DNA of 32,000 nt from Rhodobacter capsulatus SB 1003 (GCF_000021865.1 NC_014034.1:3600001-3632000); one strand, 5' to 3'; shown: positions 17,412 to 27,748, counted from the stretch's first letter. A program made the numbers and translations. Notes: generated by a model from the letters alone, not told the origin.

Positions 17412-17870
17412 TTACCAGTTGATATGCGTGCGGAAGTCATCCAGCAAGCTGCGCCAGATGTCGATGGTGTCGGTGAAATTCTTGCCCCCCACCCCATCCT
17501 TGTCGAGGTTGACATCATATTCGATCACCGCATTGCCGTCGCCATCCACATAGGCGCGGCCAAAGCGGGCCTTCTGGTTCCAGCTGTTCAGAACCGCATA
17601 TTTCAGCGGTTCCGGGGTCAGGAAGGCCGCCGAAAACGCGACCGAGCTGCAGTCCCGCGCCTTGGTGCAGCCATAGAAATAGACGTCGAATTTCGTGTCA
17701 TCGACCGAGCTTGACAGCATCGGATCGCCCTGATCATCGGTGCCGGGCTGCGGTTTCAGACCGTAATCCTGCAGGAAAGCGGCCACCACATCCGGGTCGG
17801 CCATGACCTGCGCCTGCGCGGGCAGCGCGGCCAGCAGGGCAATGAAAGCGGGAAGAAGCGGACGGATCAT
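17412..17870 (-). CDS. YbjN-domain protein with a predicted Sec signal peptide
   Basis: The start MIRPLLPAFIALLAALPAQAQ follows AAGGAGG. The body FDVYFYGC...C.SV.F.A.F...N.WN...RFGRAYVD.DG resembles the YbjN family (PF10722). Confidence 0.7.
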   Translation of the reverse strand: MIRPLLPAFIALLAALPAQAQVMADPDVVAAFLQDYGLKPQPGTDDQGDPMLSSSVDDTKFDVYFYGCTKARDCSSVAFSAAFLTPEPLKYAVLNSWNQKARFGRAYVDGDGNAVIEYDVNLDKDGVGGKNFTDTIDIWRSLLDDFRTHINW

Positions 17871-17924
17871 CGGGGCCTCCTTTCGGCAAGGATTGTCCGA
17901 TTGTCCCCTCCGCATCAAGCCCCG

Positions 17925-20900
17925 TCAGGCCACCAGCTGCTCGGCCTTTTTCAGATCGACAGACACAAGCTGGCTGACCCCCTGTTCCTGCATCGTCACG
18001 CCGAACAGCCGGTCCATCCGGCTCATCGTCACCGCATGGTGGGTGATGATCAGGAAGCGGGTGTCGGTGCGCCGCGTCATCTCGTCCAGAAGATCGCAGA
18101 ACCGGGTGACGTTCGCATCATCCAAGGGCGCATCGACCTCGTCGAGCACGCAGATCGGCGCCGGATTGGCCAGAAAGACCGCAAAGATCAGCGCCATCGC
18201 GGTCAGGGTCTGTTCACCCCCCGACAGCAGGCTGAGCGTCGAGAGCTTCTTGCCCGGCGGCTGGCACATGATTTCAAGGCCCGCCTCCAGCGGGTCATCG
18301 CTTTCCACAAGCTGCAGACTGGCCGAGCCGCCGCCGAACAGATGCGTGAAGAGCGTGCGGAAGCTTTCGTTGACCTGTTCGAAGGCGGTCAGCAACCGCT
18401 CGCGCCCCTCGCGGTTCAGCCCGGCAATCCCCGAACGCAGCTTGCGGATCGCCTCTTCCAGATCGGTCTTTTCCTTGGCCAGCCCGTCATGTTCGCCCTG
18501 CACCTCGCGCAGGTCTTCCTCGGCGCGCAGGTTGACGGCGCCCAAAGCCTCGCGGGCGCGTTTGAGCCGCGCGACCTCGATTTCCAGCGCTTCGGCAGCG
18601 GGCATCTTTTCGGGATCGGCCGCCAGCGTGTCGAACAAAGCCTGCGGCGTCAGATCGGTGGCCTCCTCGATGCGTTCGGCGGCATGGGCCTGGGTTTCGC
18701 GGGCGGCATCCAGCCGCGCCTCGGCCCGGGCCTTGCCCTCGCGCGCCTCACCGGCGGCGCGTTCGGCATCGCGTTCCGCCATCTGCGCCTGCCGCAGCGC
18801 CGCTTCCGCCCCGGCCAGCCGGTCCGAGGCCGTCGCCCGGCGCTCCTCGGCGGCCTCGATCGCGGAATTCAACTCGTCGCGTTTCGCGGCCAGTTCCTCG
18901 GGCGCGGCGGCGGCATCTTCGAGTTCCCCCACCGCATCTTCGCGCCGCGACGCGAGTTCGGCAGACCGCTTCTCGGCCGTCTCCAGCCGGTGCCGCCAGC
19001 CGGAGATTTCCTTGGTGATCTCCTGCCGCCGCCGCAACCGGGCCTCGCCCTCGCGGCGGATCTCGTCATGGGCGGCGCGGCGGGTCAGCATCGTCACCCG
19101 CGCGGCTTCGACCGTCAGCTTGATCGCCTCGACCTCGCCGCGGGCGGCATCCAGATCGGGCAGCGCCGCCAGCTGCGCCTCGGCCTCGGCCAGGGCGAGC
19201 CGCGCTGATCCGGCCTCGTCGCCGTAGCGTTTCACCGCCATCCGCGCCGCTTCCAGCTTGCCCGCGGAAATCGAGCGATCGGCTTCCGCACGGCTGAGCG
19301 CCCGCCCGGCCTCGGCCAGCCTTGTATCGGCCGCCCGGCGGGCCTCGCGGGCGCGGGCATCGGCCGCCGTCGCCTCGGCGAGCGTCCGGCTGAGCGCCTC
19401 ATGCGCCTGCCGCGCCCCCTCGGCCCGGGCCGCGACCTCTTCCAGATCGCGTTTCAACTCCACCAGACGGTTGAGCTGGCGCAGGCGCAAGGCCGCCGCC
19501 GTCGGCGCATCCTCGGCCCCGGCGCGAAAGCCGTCCCAGCGCCACAGATCGCCCTGAAGCGACACCAGCCGCTGCCCGGGCAACAGCGTCGGTTGCAGCC
19601 GCGCCCCCTCGGCGGCATCGGCCACAAGCCCGATCTGCGCGATGCGACGGCGCAGCACGGCGGGCACCTCGACATGGGCCGACAGCGGCTCGACGCCCGC
19701 GGGCAAGGGCTGCACCGCGTCGTAATCGGGCAGCACGCCCCAGCCGGACCGGGCCCCCGCCTCCACCTCGGGCGCGCGCAGATCATCGGCCAAAGCCGCG
19801 CCCAGCGCCGCCTCGTAGCCGCTTTTCACCCGCACCCGATCGAGCAGCTGATGCCCGCTTGCCGCTTCGCGTTCGACAAGCCGCGCCAAGGCCGCCACTT
19901 CGGCCCGCAGCGCCCCGGCCTCGCCCTCGGCCTCGGAGCGCACGGCCCGGGCGGTGCTTTCGCGCGCCTGCACCTGCCCGCGCGCCTCATCCGCCGCAAG
20001 CAGCGCTTCCTCGGCCGCTTCGGCCTGATCCTGCGCCTCTTCCTGCGCGCTCTGGGCGGCCTCGAACGCATCCTCGGCCCGTTCCAGCGCCTCGGCCGCC
20101 GTCTCGGCGGCATCCGAGGCCCGCGCCGCCTCGGCTTCGGCCTTGGCCACGGTCGCGCGGTTGTCCGACACCAGCCGCGTCACCGAGCCATGCCGCGCCG
20201 CCAGCCGCGCCACATCCTCGGTGCCTTCGCTCAGCAGCGCCTCGCGCTCGGCCAGAACCGCCGCCGCCTCGGCCGAGGCTTCGGCGGCCGCTTCCAGCTT
20301 GTCCTCCTGCCCCTCGGCGGCCTTGATCAGCTGGCCCATTTCCCAGTCGAGCCGGGCAATGGTTTCGCCCGCATCGCGGTTCAGCCCGGCTTCGCGCTCC
20401 ATGTCGCGGTCCAGCTGCGCGATGCGCGATTTCAGACTGTCGATCCGCGCCGCCGCCTGCGCCTCGGCGTCCGAGAGCGCATCGCGTTGCAAGACCAGCC
20501 GTTGCAGGATCGCCCCGGCAATCGTCTCCTCCTCGCGCAGGGGCGGCAGGGCGTCTTCCTGCGCCACCCGCGCCTTGGCCGCCGCGCGCGAGGCCAGTTC
20601 CGCCTGCGCCGCCCCCATCATCGCCGAACGCAGCGCGTTTTCCGCCTCGGCCCGGGCCAGATCGGCCTCGCGCCAGCGCCGATACAGCAGCATCCCCTCG
20701 GCCCGGCGCAGCTCGTTGCCGATCTCGCGATAGCGCACCGCCTGCCGCACCTGCCGCGACAGCGAGGCAAGCTGCGTGCCCAGCTGTTCCAGCACGTCAT
20801 CGACGCGCGCCAGGTTCTGCTCGGCCCCGGACAGCTTCAGCTCCGCCTCGTGGCGCCGCTGATAAAGCCCGGAAATCCCGGCCGCCTCTTCCAGAATCCG

Positions 20901-21383
20901 GCGGCGCGCTTTCGGCTTGGCATTGATCAGTTCGGAGATTTGCCCCTGCCGCACCAGCGCCGGGCTGTGCGCCCCGGTCGAGGCATCGGCAAACAGCATC
21001 TGCACGTCGCGGGCGCGGACATCCTTGGTGTTGACCTTGTAGGCAGAGCCCGCGTCGCGGGTGATCCGGCGCACGATTTCCAGCACATCGCTGTCGTTGA
21101 ACCCCGAAGGCGCCAGCCGTTCGCTGTTGTCGATCGAGAGCGAGACTTCCGCGAAATGCCGCGCGCCGCGGGTGGCGGCACCGGCAAAGATCACATCCTC
21201 CATCCCCTCGCCGCGCATCGCGGTGGGGCGGTTTTCGCCCATCACCCAGCGCAAGGCCTCCAGCAGGTTCGACTTGCCGCAGCCGTTCGGCCCCACGACG
21301 CCGGTCAGGCCGTCGTGGATCACAAGATCGGTCGGGTCGACAAAGCTCTTGAAGCCGTTCAGTCGCAGGCGGGTGAAACGCAA
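17925..21383 (-). CDS. smc: Chromosome segregation protein SMC
   Basis: I infer a TTG start at 21383 so that Walker A (GPNGCGKS) sits near residue 31, as in other SMCs ((M)RFTRLRLNGFKSFVD). Long Ala/Glu/Arg coiled coils follow. The C-terminal part has the signature LSGGEQ and Walker B ICVLDEVDAPLD. The listed ORF has 34 extra N-terminal codons. Confidence 0.95.
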   Translation of the reverse strand: MRFTRLRLNGFKSFVDPTDLVIHDGLTGVVGPNGCGKSNLLEALRWVMGENRPTAMRGEGMEDVIFAGAATRGARHFAEVSLSIDNSERLAPSGFNDSDVLEIVRRITRDAGSAYKVNTKDVRARDVQMLFADASTGAHSPALVRQGQISELINAKPKARRRILEEAAGISGLYQRRHEAELKLSGAEQNLARVDDVLEQLGTQLASLSRQVRQAVRYREIGNELRRAEGMLLYRRWREADLARAEAENALRSAMMGAAQAELASRAAAKARVAQEDALPPLREEETIAGAILQRLVLQRDALSDAEAQAAARIDSLKSRIAQLDRDMEREAGLNRDAGETIARLDWEMGQLIKAAEGQEDKLEAAAEASAEAAAVLAEREALLSEGTEDVARLAARHGSVTRLVSDNRATVAKAEAEAARASDAAETAAEALERAEDAFEAAQSAQEEAQDQAEAAEEALLAADEARGQVQARESTARAVRSEAEGEAGALRAEVAALARLVEREAASGHQLLDRVRVKSGYEAALGAALADDLRAPEVEAGARSGWGVLPDYDAVQPLPAGVEPLSAHVEVPAVLRRRIAQIGLVADAAEGARLQPTLLPGQRLVSLQGDLWRWDGFRAGAEDAPTAAALRLRQLNRLVELKRDLEEVAARAEGARQAHEALSRTLAEATAADARAREARRAADTRLAEAGRALSRAEADRSISAGKLEAARMAVKRYGDEAGSARLALAEAEAQLAALPDLDAARGEVEAIKLTVEAARVTMLTRRAAHDEIRREGEARLRRRQEITKEISGWRHRLETAEKRSAELASRREDAVGELEDAAAAPEELAAKRDELNSAIEAAEERRATASDRLAGAEAALRQAQMAERDAERAAGEAREGKARAEARLDAARETQAHAAERIEEATDLTPQALFDTLAADPEKMPAAEALEIEVARLKRAREALGAVNLRAEEDLREVQGEHDGLAKEKTDLEEAIRKLRSGIAGLNREGRERLLTAFEQVNESFRTLFTHLFGGGSASLQLVESDDPLEAGLEIMCQPPGKKLSTLSLLSGGEQTLTAMALIFAVFLANPAPICVLDEVDAPLDDANVTRFCDLLDEMTRRTDTRFLIITHHAVTMSRMDRLFGVTMQEQGVSQLVSVDLKKAEQLVA

Positions 21384-21568
21384 GGGGCACCGATTCCAGA
21401 TTGAGGGTCCGCCAGTTTGGGTTTTGGCACCGGCCAAGTCAACGCCACCCCCCTCACCTTCCGGCGAGCCCCCGAGCTTATCCACAGAATCACGGGGTTT
21501 TCGCTTGCATGGCCGGACGACAGGCTTAAACTGGTTCTAAATTCTGACCAATATCAAGGAAATCTCCG

Positions 21569-21925
21569 ATGGTTCCGGCTCTGGCGATCATTCTGGCGTT
21601 CCAACTGGCGGGCGAGGTGATCTCGCGCGCGGGGCATTTGCCGCTGCCGGGGCCGGTTCTGGGGATGCTGGGGATGGTGGCGGCGTTGTCGGCCAGCGAA
21701 AGGCTGCGCGCGATGATCCGGCCGGTGGCGCAGGGGTTGCTGTCGCATCTGTCGCTTTTGTTCGTGCCTGCGGGCGTGGGGGTGGTGGCGCATCTGCCGG
21801 TGCTGGCCGCGCAGGGTCCGGCGCTGGCGGTGGCGCTGGTCGCCTCGACGCTGCTGGCCATCGTCGTCGGCGCGGTGACCTTCACCCTTGTCGCGAAACT
21901 GATGGGAAGCCTGCCCGATGAATGA
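21569..21925 (+). CDS. lrgA: CidA/LrgA family holin-like membrane protein
   Basis: This is a 118-aa, four-TM protein starting MVPALAIILAFQLAGEVISR...LPGPVLGM. AAGGAAA lies upstream. It overlaps lrgB by 8 nt. Confidence 0.85.
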   Translation: MVPALAIILAFQLAGEVISRAGHLPLPGPVLGMLGMVAALSASERLRAMIRPVAQGLLSHLSLLFVPAGVGVVAHLPVLAAQGPALAVALVASTLLAIVVGAVTFTLVAKLMGSLPDE

Positions 21926-22634
21926 CGCGGCGCTGATCTGGTCCTATCTCGCCTCGCAGCCGCTGTTGTGGCTGACGGCGACGCTGTTTGCCTATTGGGC
22001 GGGGGACAGTCTGTATCGGCTGGCCCGGCGCAATCCGGCCGCCAATCCGGTGATGCTGGCGGTGATTTTTCTGGCCGTGCTGCTTGGCATCACCGGCACG
22101 CCCTACCGGGAGTATTTCGAGGGCGCGCAATTCGTTCATTTCATGCTGGGTCCGGCGACGGTCTGTCTGGCGGTGCCGTTGCAGGCGAATCTGAAGGCGA
22201 TCCGCAAGGCGGTGGTGCCGATTGCGGCGGCGCTGCTGGCCGGGTCCTTCACCGCCATCGTCTCGGCTTTGGCGATTGCGAAGATGTTCGGGGCCGAGGC
22301 CGGGCTTCTGGCGACGCTGGCGCCGAAATCGGCGACGGCGCCGGTGGCGATCGGGATTTCCGAGGCCTTGGGCGGGCAGCCGACGCTGACCGCGGTTCTG
22401 GTGCTGCTGACCGGCATGATCGGGGCGATTTTCGTGACGCCGATGCTGAACGGGCTGGGGCTGCGGGACTGGCGCGCGCGGGGCTTTGCGACCGGGGTGG
22501 CGGCGCATGGGATCGGCACGGCGCGGGCCTTTCAGGTGCATGACACGGCGGGGGCTTTCGCCTCGATCGGGATGGGGCTGAATGCGGTGCTGACGGCGTT
22601 CCTGGCGCCGCTGGTGCTGCCGTGGTTTTTATGA
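21918..22634 (+). CDS. lrgB: LrgB family membrane protein
   Basis: The 238-aa product contains ...LGPATVCLAVPL...LAPKSATAPVAIGISE.LGG... Confidence 0.9.
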   Translation: MNDAALIWSYLASQPLLWLTATLFAYWAGDSLYRLARRNPAANPVMLAVIFLAVLLGITGTPYREYFEGAQFVHFMLGPATVCLAVPLQANLKAIRKAVVPIAAALLAGSFTAIVSALAIAKMFGAEAGLLATLAPKSATAPVAIGISEALGGQPTLTAVLVLLTGMIGAIFVTPMLNGLGLRDWRARGFATGVAAHGIGTARAFQVHDTAGAFASIGMGLNAVLTAFLAPLVLPWFL

Positions 22635-22716
22635 GCGGCTATCCTTGACCGAGGCCATTGCCGAGGTCAAGCGCACCCTCTCCCCGTGACCGCCGAGGGC
22701 CCCAAGGCACTCGGCC

Positions 22717-22746
22717 AGCGCCCGCCCCGCCCATGGCGGGCGCTTT
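22717..22746 (+). terminator. GC-rich hairpin downstream of lrgB; possible terminator
   Basis: AGCGCCCGCC (22717-22726) pairs with GGCGGGCGCT (22735-22744). TT follows. Confidence 0.35.
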
Positions 22747-22818
22747 CGCGCCGCCGGGGCGGGACGCTGGCCTCTGCCGTGCTTGGGGATGCGGTCCTGC
22801 CGCAGACGGGGTCGCAAC

Positions 22819-22849
22819 GGGCGGGGAAAAGCGGTGCTTTTCCCCGCCC
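22819..22849. terminator. Perfect 14-bp hairpin just downstream of rnhA
   Basis: GGGCGGGGAAAAGC (22819-22832), a GGT loop, then GCTTTTCCCCGCCC (22836-22849). It lies 16 nt beyond the rnhA stop. No clean U-tract follows on either strand. Confidence 0.5.
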
Positions 22850-22864
22850 GAAACACCGTTTCAC

Positions 22865-23326
22865 TCAGCCCTTGGCGGGCTTGTAAGGCGCCATGCCCGC
22901 CCGGGCCAATTCATCGGCGCGTTCGTTTTCCGCATGGCCGGCGTGGCCCTTGATCCATTTCCAGACCACCTTGTGCCGCGCCTGCGCCGCATCCAGCCGC
23001 TGCCACAGATCGACATTCTTCACCGGCTTCTTGTCCGCCGTCTTCCAGCCGTTGCGCTTCCAGCCATGCATCCAGCTTTCGATGCCGTTCTTCACATAGG
23101 CCGAGTCGGTGGTGATCGTCAGCGCCGAGGGCCGCGTCAGCGCCTCAAGCGCCGAAATCGCCGCCATCAGCTCCATGCGGTTGTTGGTCGTATCGGCCTC
23201 GCCGCCGGAAAGCTCCTTTTGCTTCAGGATCTTGCCATCCGCCATCGCGCGCATCAGCACGCCCCAGCCCCCGGGCCCCGGGTTGCCGCTGCAGGCCCCG
23301 TCCGTCCATGCGTAAAGATCCGACAT
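22865..23326 (-). CDS. rnhA: Ribonuclease HI
   Basis: [22 protein letters not shown]...TTNNRMEL...ITTDSAYV...[17 protein letters not shown] shows the RNase H catalytic DEDD context. Confidence 0.95.
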   Translation of the reverse strand: MSDLYAWTDGACSGNPGPGGWGVLMRAMADGKILKQKELSGGEADTTNNRMELMAAISALEALTRPSALTITTDSAYVKNGIESWMHGWKRNGWKTADKKPVKNVDLWQRLDAAQARHKVVWKWIKGHAGHAENERADELARAGMAPYKPAKG

Positions 23327-23928
23327 CAGGCGCGCTCGAAAGCCAGCCGGACGCCCAGCGCCGCAAAGGAGGCCGCGAAGGCCCGGCGCATCCAGGCCAT
23401 CACCGCCGGGCGGCTCAGGATCGCCTGCCGACCGGAGGCCGCCAGCGCGGTATAGCCAAGGAAGGTCAGGAAGGTGAGAACGGCAAAGACCACGCCCAGT
23501 TCCGCCATCACGAAAGGCCCGTCATTCACCGCCATGAACTGCGGCAGGAAGGCCACGAAGAACAAGGGCAGCTTCGGGTTCAGAAGGTTCAAGACGATCC
23601 CGCGCCAGACCAGCTGCGCCACCGATTGCGGCGCGGCAGCCTCCAGCGCCAGCCCGCCCGTGCCCTTCAGCGTGCCCCAGGCCATGTAAAGCAGATAGGC
23701 CACGCCCGCATATTTGATCGTCTGAAACAGCAGCGCCGAGGTGTGCAGCACCGCCGCCAGCCCCCCCAGCGCCACGGCCAGATGCACCAGCGTCGCGATG
23801 GTGCAACCGAGCGAGGCCCAGAGCCCCGCCCGAAACCCCTGCCCCAAGGTCGAGGAGAGCGTGTAGACGACCCCGATTCCCGGAACCAGACAGACGATGA
23901 AAGCCGTGAACAGGAACTCGGGGGACAT
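23326..23928 (-). CDS. LysE/RhtB family amino-acid exporter
   Basis: The 200-aa product reads [23 protein letters not shown]...[18 protein letters not shown]. It overlaps rnhA by 1 nt. Confidence 0.88.
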   Translation of the reverse strand: MSPEFLFTAFIVCLVPGIGVVYTLSSTLGQGFRAGLWASLGCTIATLVHLAVALGGLAAVLHTSALLFQTIKYAGVAYLLYMAWGTLKGTGGLALEAAAPQSVAQLVWRGIVLNLLNPKLPLFFVAFLPQFMAVNDGPFVMAELGVVFAVLTFLTFLGYTALAASGRQAILSRPAVMAWMRRAFAASFAALGVRLAFERA

Positions 23929-23934
23929 GGGACC

Positions 23935-24882
23935 TCAATTGTCGTGGCGGAAGATCCGCGGGGTCTTGAACTCTATCCGCTCTTTCGCGGTTTCGACAAG
24001 CTCCACCGTCAGATCATAGCGGTCGCGGAAGGCCTCGATCACCTCGTCGACCAGAACCTGCGGCGCCGAGGCCCCGGCGGTCAGGCCCACTTTCGTCAGC
24101 CCCTCGAGCGCCTCCCATTGGATTTCCGAGGCGCGTTCGACCAGATGCGAGACGGCGCAACCGGCGTTCCGCCCCACCTCGACCAGACGTTTCGAGTTCG
24201 ACGAATTCGGCGCGCCGATGACCAGAAGCGCCTCGATCTTCTCGGCCAGCGCCTTCACTGCCGCCTGCCGGTTCGTCGTAGCGTAGCAGATGTCATCCTT
24301 GCCCGGACCGACGAGCGACGGGAACCGCGCCTGCAGCGCCGCCACCACCTCGGCCGTGTCATCGACCGACAGCGTCGTCTGGGTGATCCAGGCGAGCTTT
24401 TCCGGGTCGCGCACCTCAAGCGTCGCCACATCGGCGGCGGTCTCGATCAGCAGCACCTCGCCCTCGGGCAGCTGCCCCATCGTGCCGATCACCTCGGGGT
24501 GGCCCTTGTGGCCGATCATCACGATCTGCAGGCCTTCCTCGGCGTGGCGTTCGGCTTCCAGATGCACCTTGGAGACCAAGGGGCAGGTCGCATCGACATA
24601 GATCATGTTGCGCCGCTCGGCCTCGGCCGGGACCGCCTTCGGCACGCCATGCGCGGAAAAGATCACCGGCCGGTCGACCGGACATTCGTCCAGCTCCTCG
24701 ACGAAAACCGCCCCCTTCGCCGCCAGCGTATCGACCACGAATTTGTTGTGGACGATCTCGTGGCGCACATAGACCGGCGCCCCCCATTTCTCGAGCGACA
24801 TCTCGACGATCTTCACGGCCCGGTCGACGCCCGCGCAAAAGCCACGGGGGGCGGCAAGGAAAAGGGTAAGGGCAGGTTTCAT
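23935..24882 (-). CDS. ispH: 4-hydroxy-3-methylbut-2-enyl diphosphate reductase
   Basis: The start [23 protein letters not shown] follows GGAG. The sequence continues ...YVRHEIVHN...FSAHGV...DATCPLV.KVH...NSSNS.RL. The listed ORF has 50 spurious upstream codons. Confidence 0.95.
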   Translation of the reverse strand: MKPALTLFLAAPRGFCAGVDRAVKIVEMSLEKWGAPVYVRHEIVHNKFVVDTLAAKGAVFVEELDECPVDRPVIFSAHGVPKAVPAEAERRNMIYVDATCPLVSKVHLEAERHAEEGLQIVMIGHKGHPEVIGTMGQLPEGEVLLIETAADVATLEVRDPEKLAWITQTTLSVDDTAEVVAALQARFPSLVGPGKDDICYATTNRQAAVKALAEKIEALLVIGAPNSSNSKRLVEVGRNAGCAVSHLVERASEIQWEALEGLTKVGLTAGASAPQVLVDEVIEAFRDRYDLTVELVETAKERIEFKTPRIFRHDN

Positions 24883-24947
24883 GATGCGCTCCGTATTCAC
24901 GGGTCCAGAGGTAATGCCGCGCAGCCCCGCCGTAAAGTGCGACCCGT

Positions 24948-25661
24948 TTACGTCCAGCGCACCTCGCCCAGAAAGATGTAGCCCGCGCCGTAGATCGTCT
25001 TGATCAGGCGCGGGTTCTTCGGGTCTTCGCAAAGCTTCGTGCGCAGCCGCGAGATTCGCACATCCATCGCCCGGTCAAAGCTTTCGCCCGCCGCGCCACC
25101 CAGGCTTTCCTGCATTTGCGCCCGCGAAATCAGCCGGTTCGGGCTTTCGAGGAAAAGCCGCAAGACCTCTCCCTCGGCATGGGAAAAGGGCGTCTCGGCG
25201 CCATGCGCGTCGATCAGCACATAGCGGTCGAAGGCCGCCTTCCAGCCCGCAAAGACCGCGACCTGCGCCGCCGGTGCGGCTTCGGAGCGCGGACGACGCA
25301 GACGGGCGCGGATGCGGGCCACCACCTCGGCCGGATCGAAGGGCTTGATGATGTAGTCATCGGCGCCCAGTTCAAGGCCGGTCACCCGGTCCTGCACCTG
25401 CGCCCGGCCCGAGATGATGATGATCGCCGCCCCCGATTCGAGTGCCAGCCGATGCACCAGCGCCAGACCGTCACGGTCGGGCAGGCCCAGATCAACCAGA
25501 CAGACATCGGGTTGGCAGCGCTTCAGCCCGGCCTCGAATTCCGTCGCCCGGGCATAGGCGCTGGTGCGGAACCCGGCCTCTTCCAGCGCATCGACCAGCA
25601 TGCGGCGGATCTCGGGCTCGTCATCCAGCACGGCGACAAGGGGGGCTTGCGAATGGGTCAT
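24948..25661 (-). CDS. OmpR/PhoB-family response regulator (REC domain plus winged-helix)
   Basis: The REC domain shows [14 protein letters not shown]...[11 protein letters not shown]...DDYIIKPF. The C-terminal part shows RISRLRTKL...IKTIYGAGY. Confidence 0.9.
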   Translation of the reverse strand: MTHSQAPLVAVLDDEPEIRRMLVDALEEAGFRTSAYARATEFEAGLKRCQPDVCLVDLGLPDRDGLALVHRLALESGAAIIIISGRAQVQDRVTGLELGADDYIIKPFDPAEVVARIRARLRRPRSEAAPAAQVAVFAGWKAAFDRYVLIDAHGAETPFSHAEGEVLRLFLESPNRLISRAQMQESLGGAAGESFDRAMDVRISRLRTKLCEDPKNPRLIKTIYGAGYIFLGEVRWT

Positions 25662-27562
25662 CGGCGCACTCCGGCGATCAGCGCGGCCAGTTCCGCCGCG
25701 ACGAAGGGTTTTTGCAGCACCGGGCAGGGCGCGGCGGCGCGCAGCCGACTGCCCGGCGGCAGCGAGGTCATCAAAAGCATCGGCACCCGGCCCGACAGAT
25801 GATGCGCAAGGTCGATCCCGGTGCCCTCGCCCGCCAGCTGGATGTCCGAGAGGATCAGGCCGATCTCCGGCAGGATCGAGAGCGCCTCGGCCTCCTCGAC
25901 CGAGCCCGCCTCCAGCACCGAATGACCAAGGCCGCGCAGCATCTCGCGCACCGAAAGCCGGATATCGGGGTCATCCTCGACCAGCAGGACCAGCATCGGC
26001 GTCGCATCGGTTTCCGCCAGACGCAGCGGCAGGCGCAGGCTCACGCAGGCGCCCGGCTCGCAATTCTCGATCCGCACCGTGCCGCCCGCAAGTTTCGTCT
26101 GATCATAGACCATCGACAGCCCAAGGCCCGAGCCCTGCCCGCCCTTCGTCGTGAAGAACGGATCCAGCGCATGGGCCAGGGCCTCGGGGGAAAAGCCGGG
26201 GCCGGTGTCACTGACATGCACCTCGACCCAGGTGTCCTGCACCGGATGCGCGGCAATCCGGATCGCCCCGCCCTTCGGCCCCATCGCGTCGCGGGCGTTC
26301 AAAAGCAGATTGAGCAGGCTGTCCTGCAACGGCCCGGGATCAAGGACGATCGGCGCCTGCAGACCGTCGATATCGATATCGACCAGCACCGCGGGGCCCA
26401 GCGTCGGCGCCGCCATCGTCACCAGATCGGCGATCAGCGCAGGCAGGTTCACCGCCTGCGGCCGCAACTCGCGCTTGCCCGAAATCGCCGCGATCCGGTC
26501 GAGCAGCGTGCCCCCCCGCCGCGCCGCCGAAAGCGTCGCCCGCACGGCATCGCGGCCCTCGGGCGGCAGGCCCTCGATGCGCATCATCCGCCCCTGCAGG
26601 CCCAGGATGATCGTCAGCAGATTGGCAAAATCATGCGCCATCCCCGAGGTGATCTGCGCCGCCAGTTCGCGTTTGGACGCCTGCGCCAGCGCCGCCCGGG
26701 CCTGAGTCTCCTCGGTCACGTCGGTGGACAGGATATAGACGCCCTGCACCCCGTTGCCCGCCCCGCGATCGGGCGTCAGCGCGATGCGGATGCGCCGCCC
26801 CGAGGGTTCATGGGTGATCTCGATCACATTCGCCTCACCGGCAAAGGCCCGTTCGAAGCCGGGCAGGATGCGGCGGAACGTGTCCTCGCCCAGAACCTCG
26901 GCGGCGGTATGGCCGACCGGATCATCAAGCGAGCCCGGCATCACCGAGGTGACGCGCCGGTTCGAGAACGTATAGACGAAATCCGACCCCATATGGGCGA
27001 TATGGGCGGGCATCATTTCGGTGACCTGCCGGATCCGCGCGGCGGTGCGGCGCAATTCGCGCTGCGCCTCCTCAAGCGCGGCATTCGTCGCCGCCAGTTC
27101 CCGGTTTGCCGCCGCAAGCTGTTCGGCATGGGTCAGGACCTGTTCGGAGAGTTCCTCGGAGCGGGCATGCAGCAGGGCCTCCTGCCGCTTCGTCTCGGTG
27201 ATGTCGGTATAGACGGTGATCCAGCCGCCCTCGGCCAGGGGGGCGCCCTCCACCGCGATGGTCCTGCCATTGGCGCGCTGGCGCTCCATGTAATGCGGGG
27301 TGAAGGCCCGCGCCTGTTCGACCCGCGCCGCCACCCAGGCGCCGATGTCGCCCACGGCGCCGTAATCGCCGCGTTCGGCCAGCCAGCGAATGGTGTCGGC
27401 AAAGCTGGTGCCCGGTTCGGTCAGATGTTCGGGCAGGTCGAACATCAGCTGATATTGCCGGTTCGAGACCGCCAGCCGCAGATCGCTGTCAAAGATCGAC
27501 AGCGCCTGCCCGATCAGGTTCAGCCCCGCCTGCGTCAGCCGTGCCCGCGCATCCTCGGTCAT
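25658..27562 (-). CDS. Cytoplasmic PAS-domain hybrid sensor histidine kinase with a C-terminal receiver
   Basis: The start MTEDARARL follows GGGGAGGA. Two PAS-like regions are followed by the H-box SGMAHDFANLL. The HATPase region has NLLLNARDA...DTGPGF...GLGLSMV. The REC domain has LLVEDDPDIR...LILSDIQL. The gene overlaps the regulator gene by 4 nt. Confidence 0.9.
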   Translation of the reverse strand: MTEDARARLTQAGLNLIGQALSIFDSDLRLAVSNRQYQLMFDLPEHLTEPGTSFADTIRWLAERGDYGAVGDIGAWVAARVEQARAFTPHYMERQRANGRTIAVEGAPLAEGGWITVYTDITETKRQEALLHARSEELSEQVLTHAEQLAAANRELAATNAALEEAQRELRRTAARIRQVTEMMPAHIAHMGSDFVYTFSNRRVTSVMPGSLDDPVGHTAAEVLGEDTFRRILPGFERAFAGEANVIEITHEPSGRRIRIALTPDRGAGNGVQGVYILSTDVTEETQARAALAQASKRELAAQITSGMAHDFANLLTIILGLQGRMMRIEGLPPEGRDAVRATLSAARRGGTLLDRIAAISGKRELRPQAVNLPALIADLVTMAAPTLGPAVLVDIDIDGLQAPIVLDPGPLQDSLLNLLLNARDAMGPKGGAIRIAAHPVQDTWVEVHVSDTGPGFSPEALAHALDPFFTTKGGQGSGLGLSMVYDQTKLAGGTVRIENCEPGACVSLRLPLRLAETDATPMLVLLVEDDPDIRLSVREMLRGLGHSVLEAGSVEEAEALSILPEIGLILSDIQLAGEGTGIDLAHHLSGRVPMLLMTSLPPGSRLRAAAPCPVLQKPFVAAELAALIAGVRR

Positions 27563-27748
27563 CGCCCGTCCTCCCCGTCCCATCGCTAGCACCTTCTGCG
27601 CGCTTCGCAAGCGCCGGATTCAACCGGAAAGGATTCGCAAGGTTTGGGAAAAAGTCCCGAAACTATTCACCGCAAATTTCGATCCCGGGGGTCGCGTCGG
27701 GAAAGAGTCGCGGCCCTGCACGCCGGAAAGCCGGTGCAGGGGGGAAGA

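Noticed and set aside
21425-21440. TGGCAC, resembling the -24 element of a sigma54 promoter, upstream of lrgA.
   Set aside because: The -12 element is missing: the sequence reads CCAAGT where TTGC is expected at the correct spacing.
21478-21486. A perfect DnaA box, TTATCCACA, in the smc-lrgA intergenic region.
   Set aside because: It is a single box with no cluster of further boxes and no adjacent AT-rich unwinding element, so it is not an origin. One 9-mer match in a 32-kb window on two strands is within chance. At most it is a DnaA-titrating or regulatory site.
21526-21540. A TTA-N9-TAA (T-N11-A) LysR-type box upstream of lrgA.
   Set aside because: The motif is too degenerate to support from sequence alone, and no LysR-family gene is adjacent in this window.
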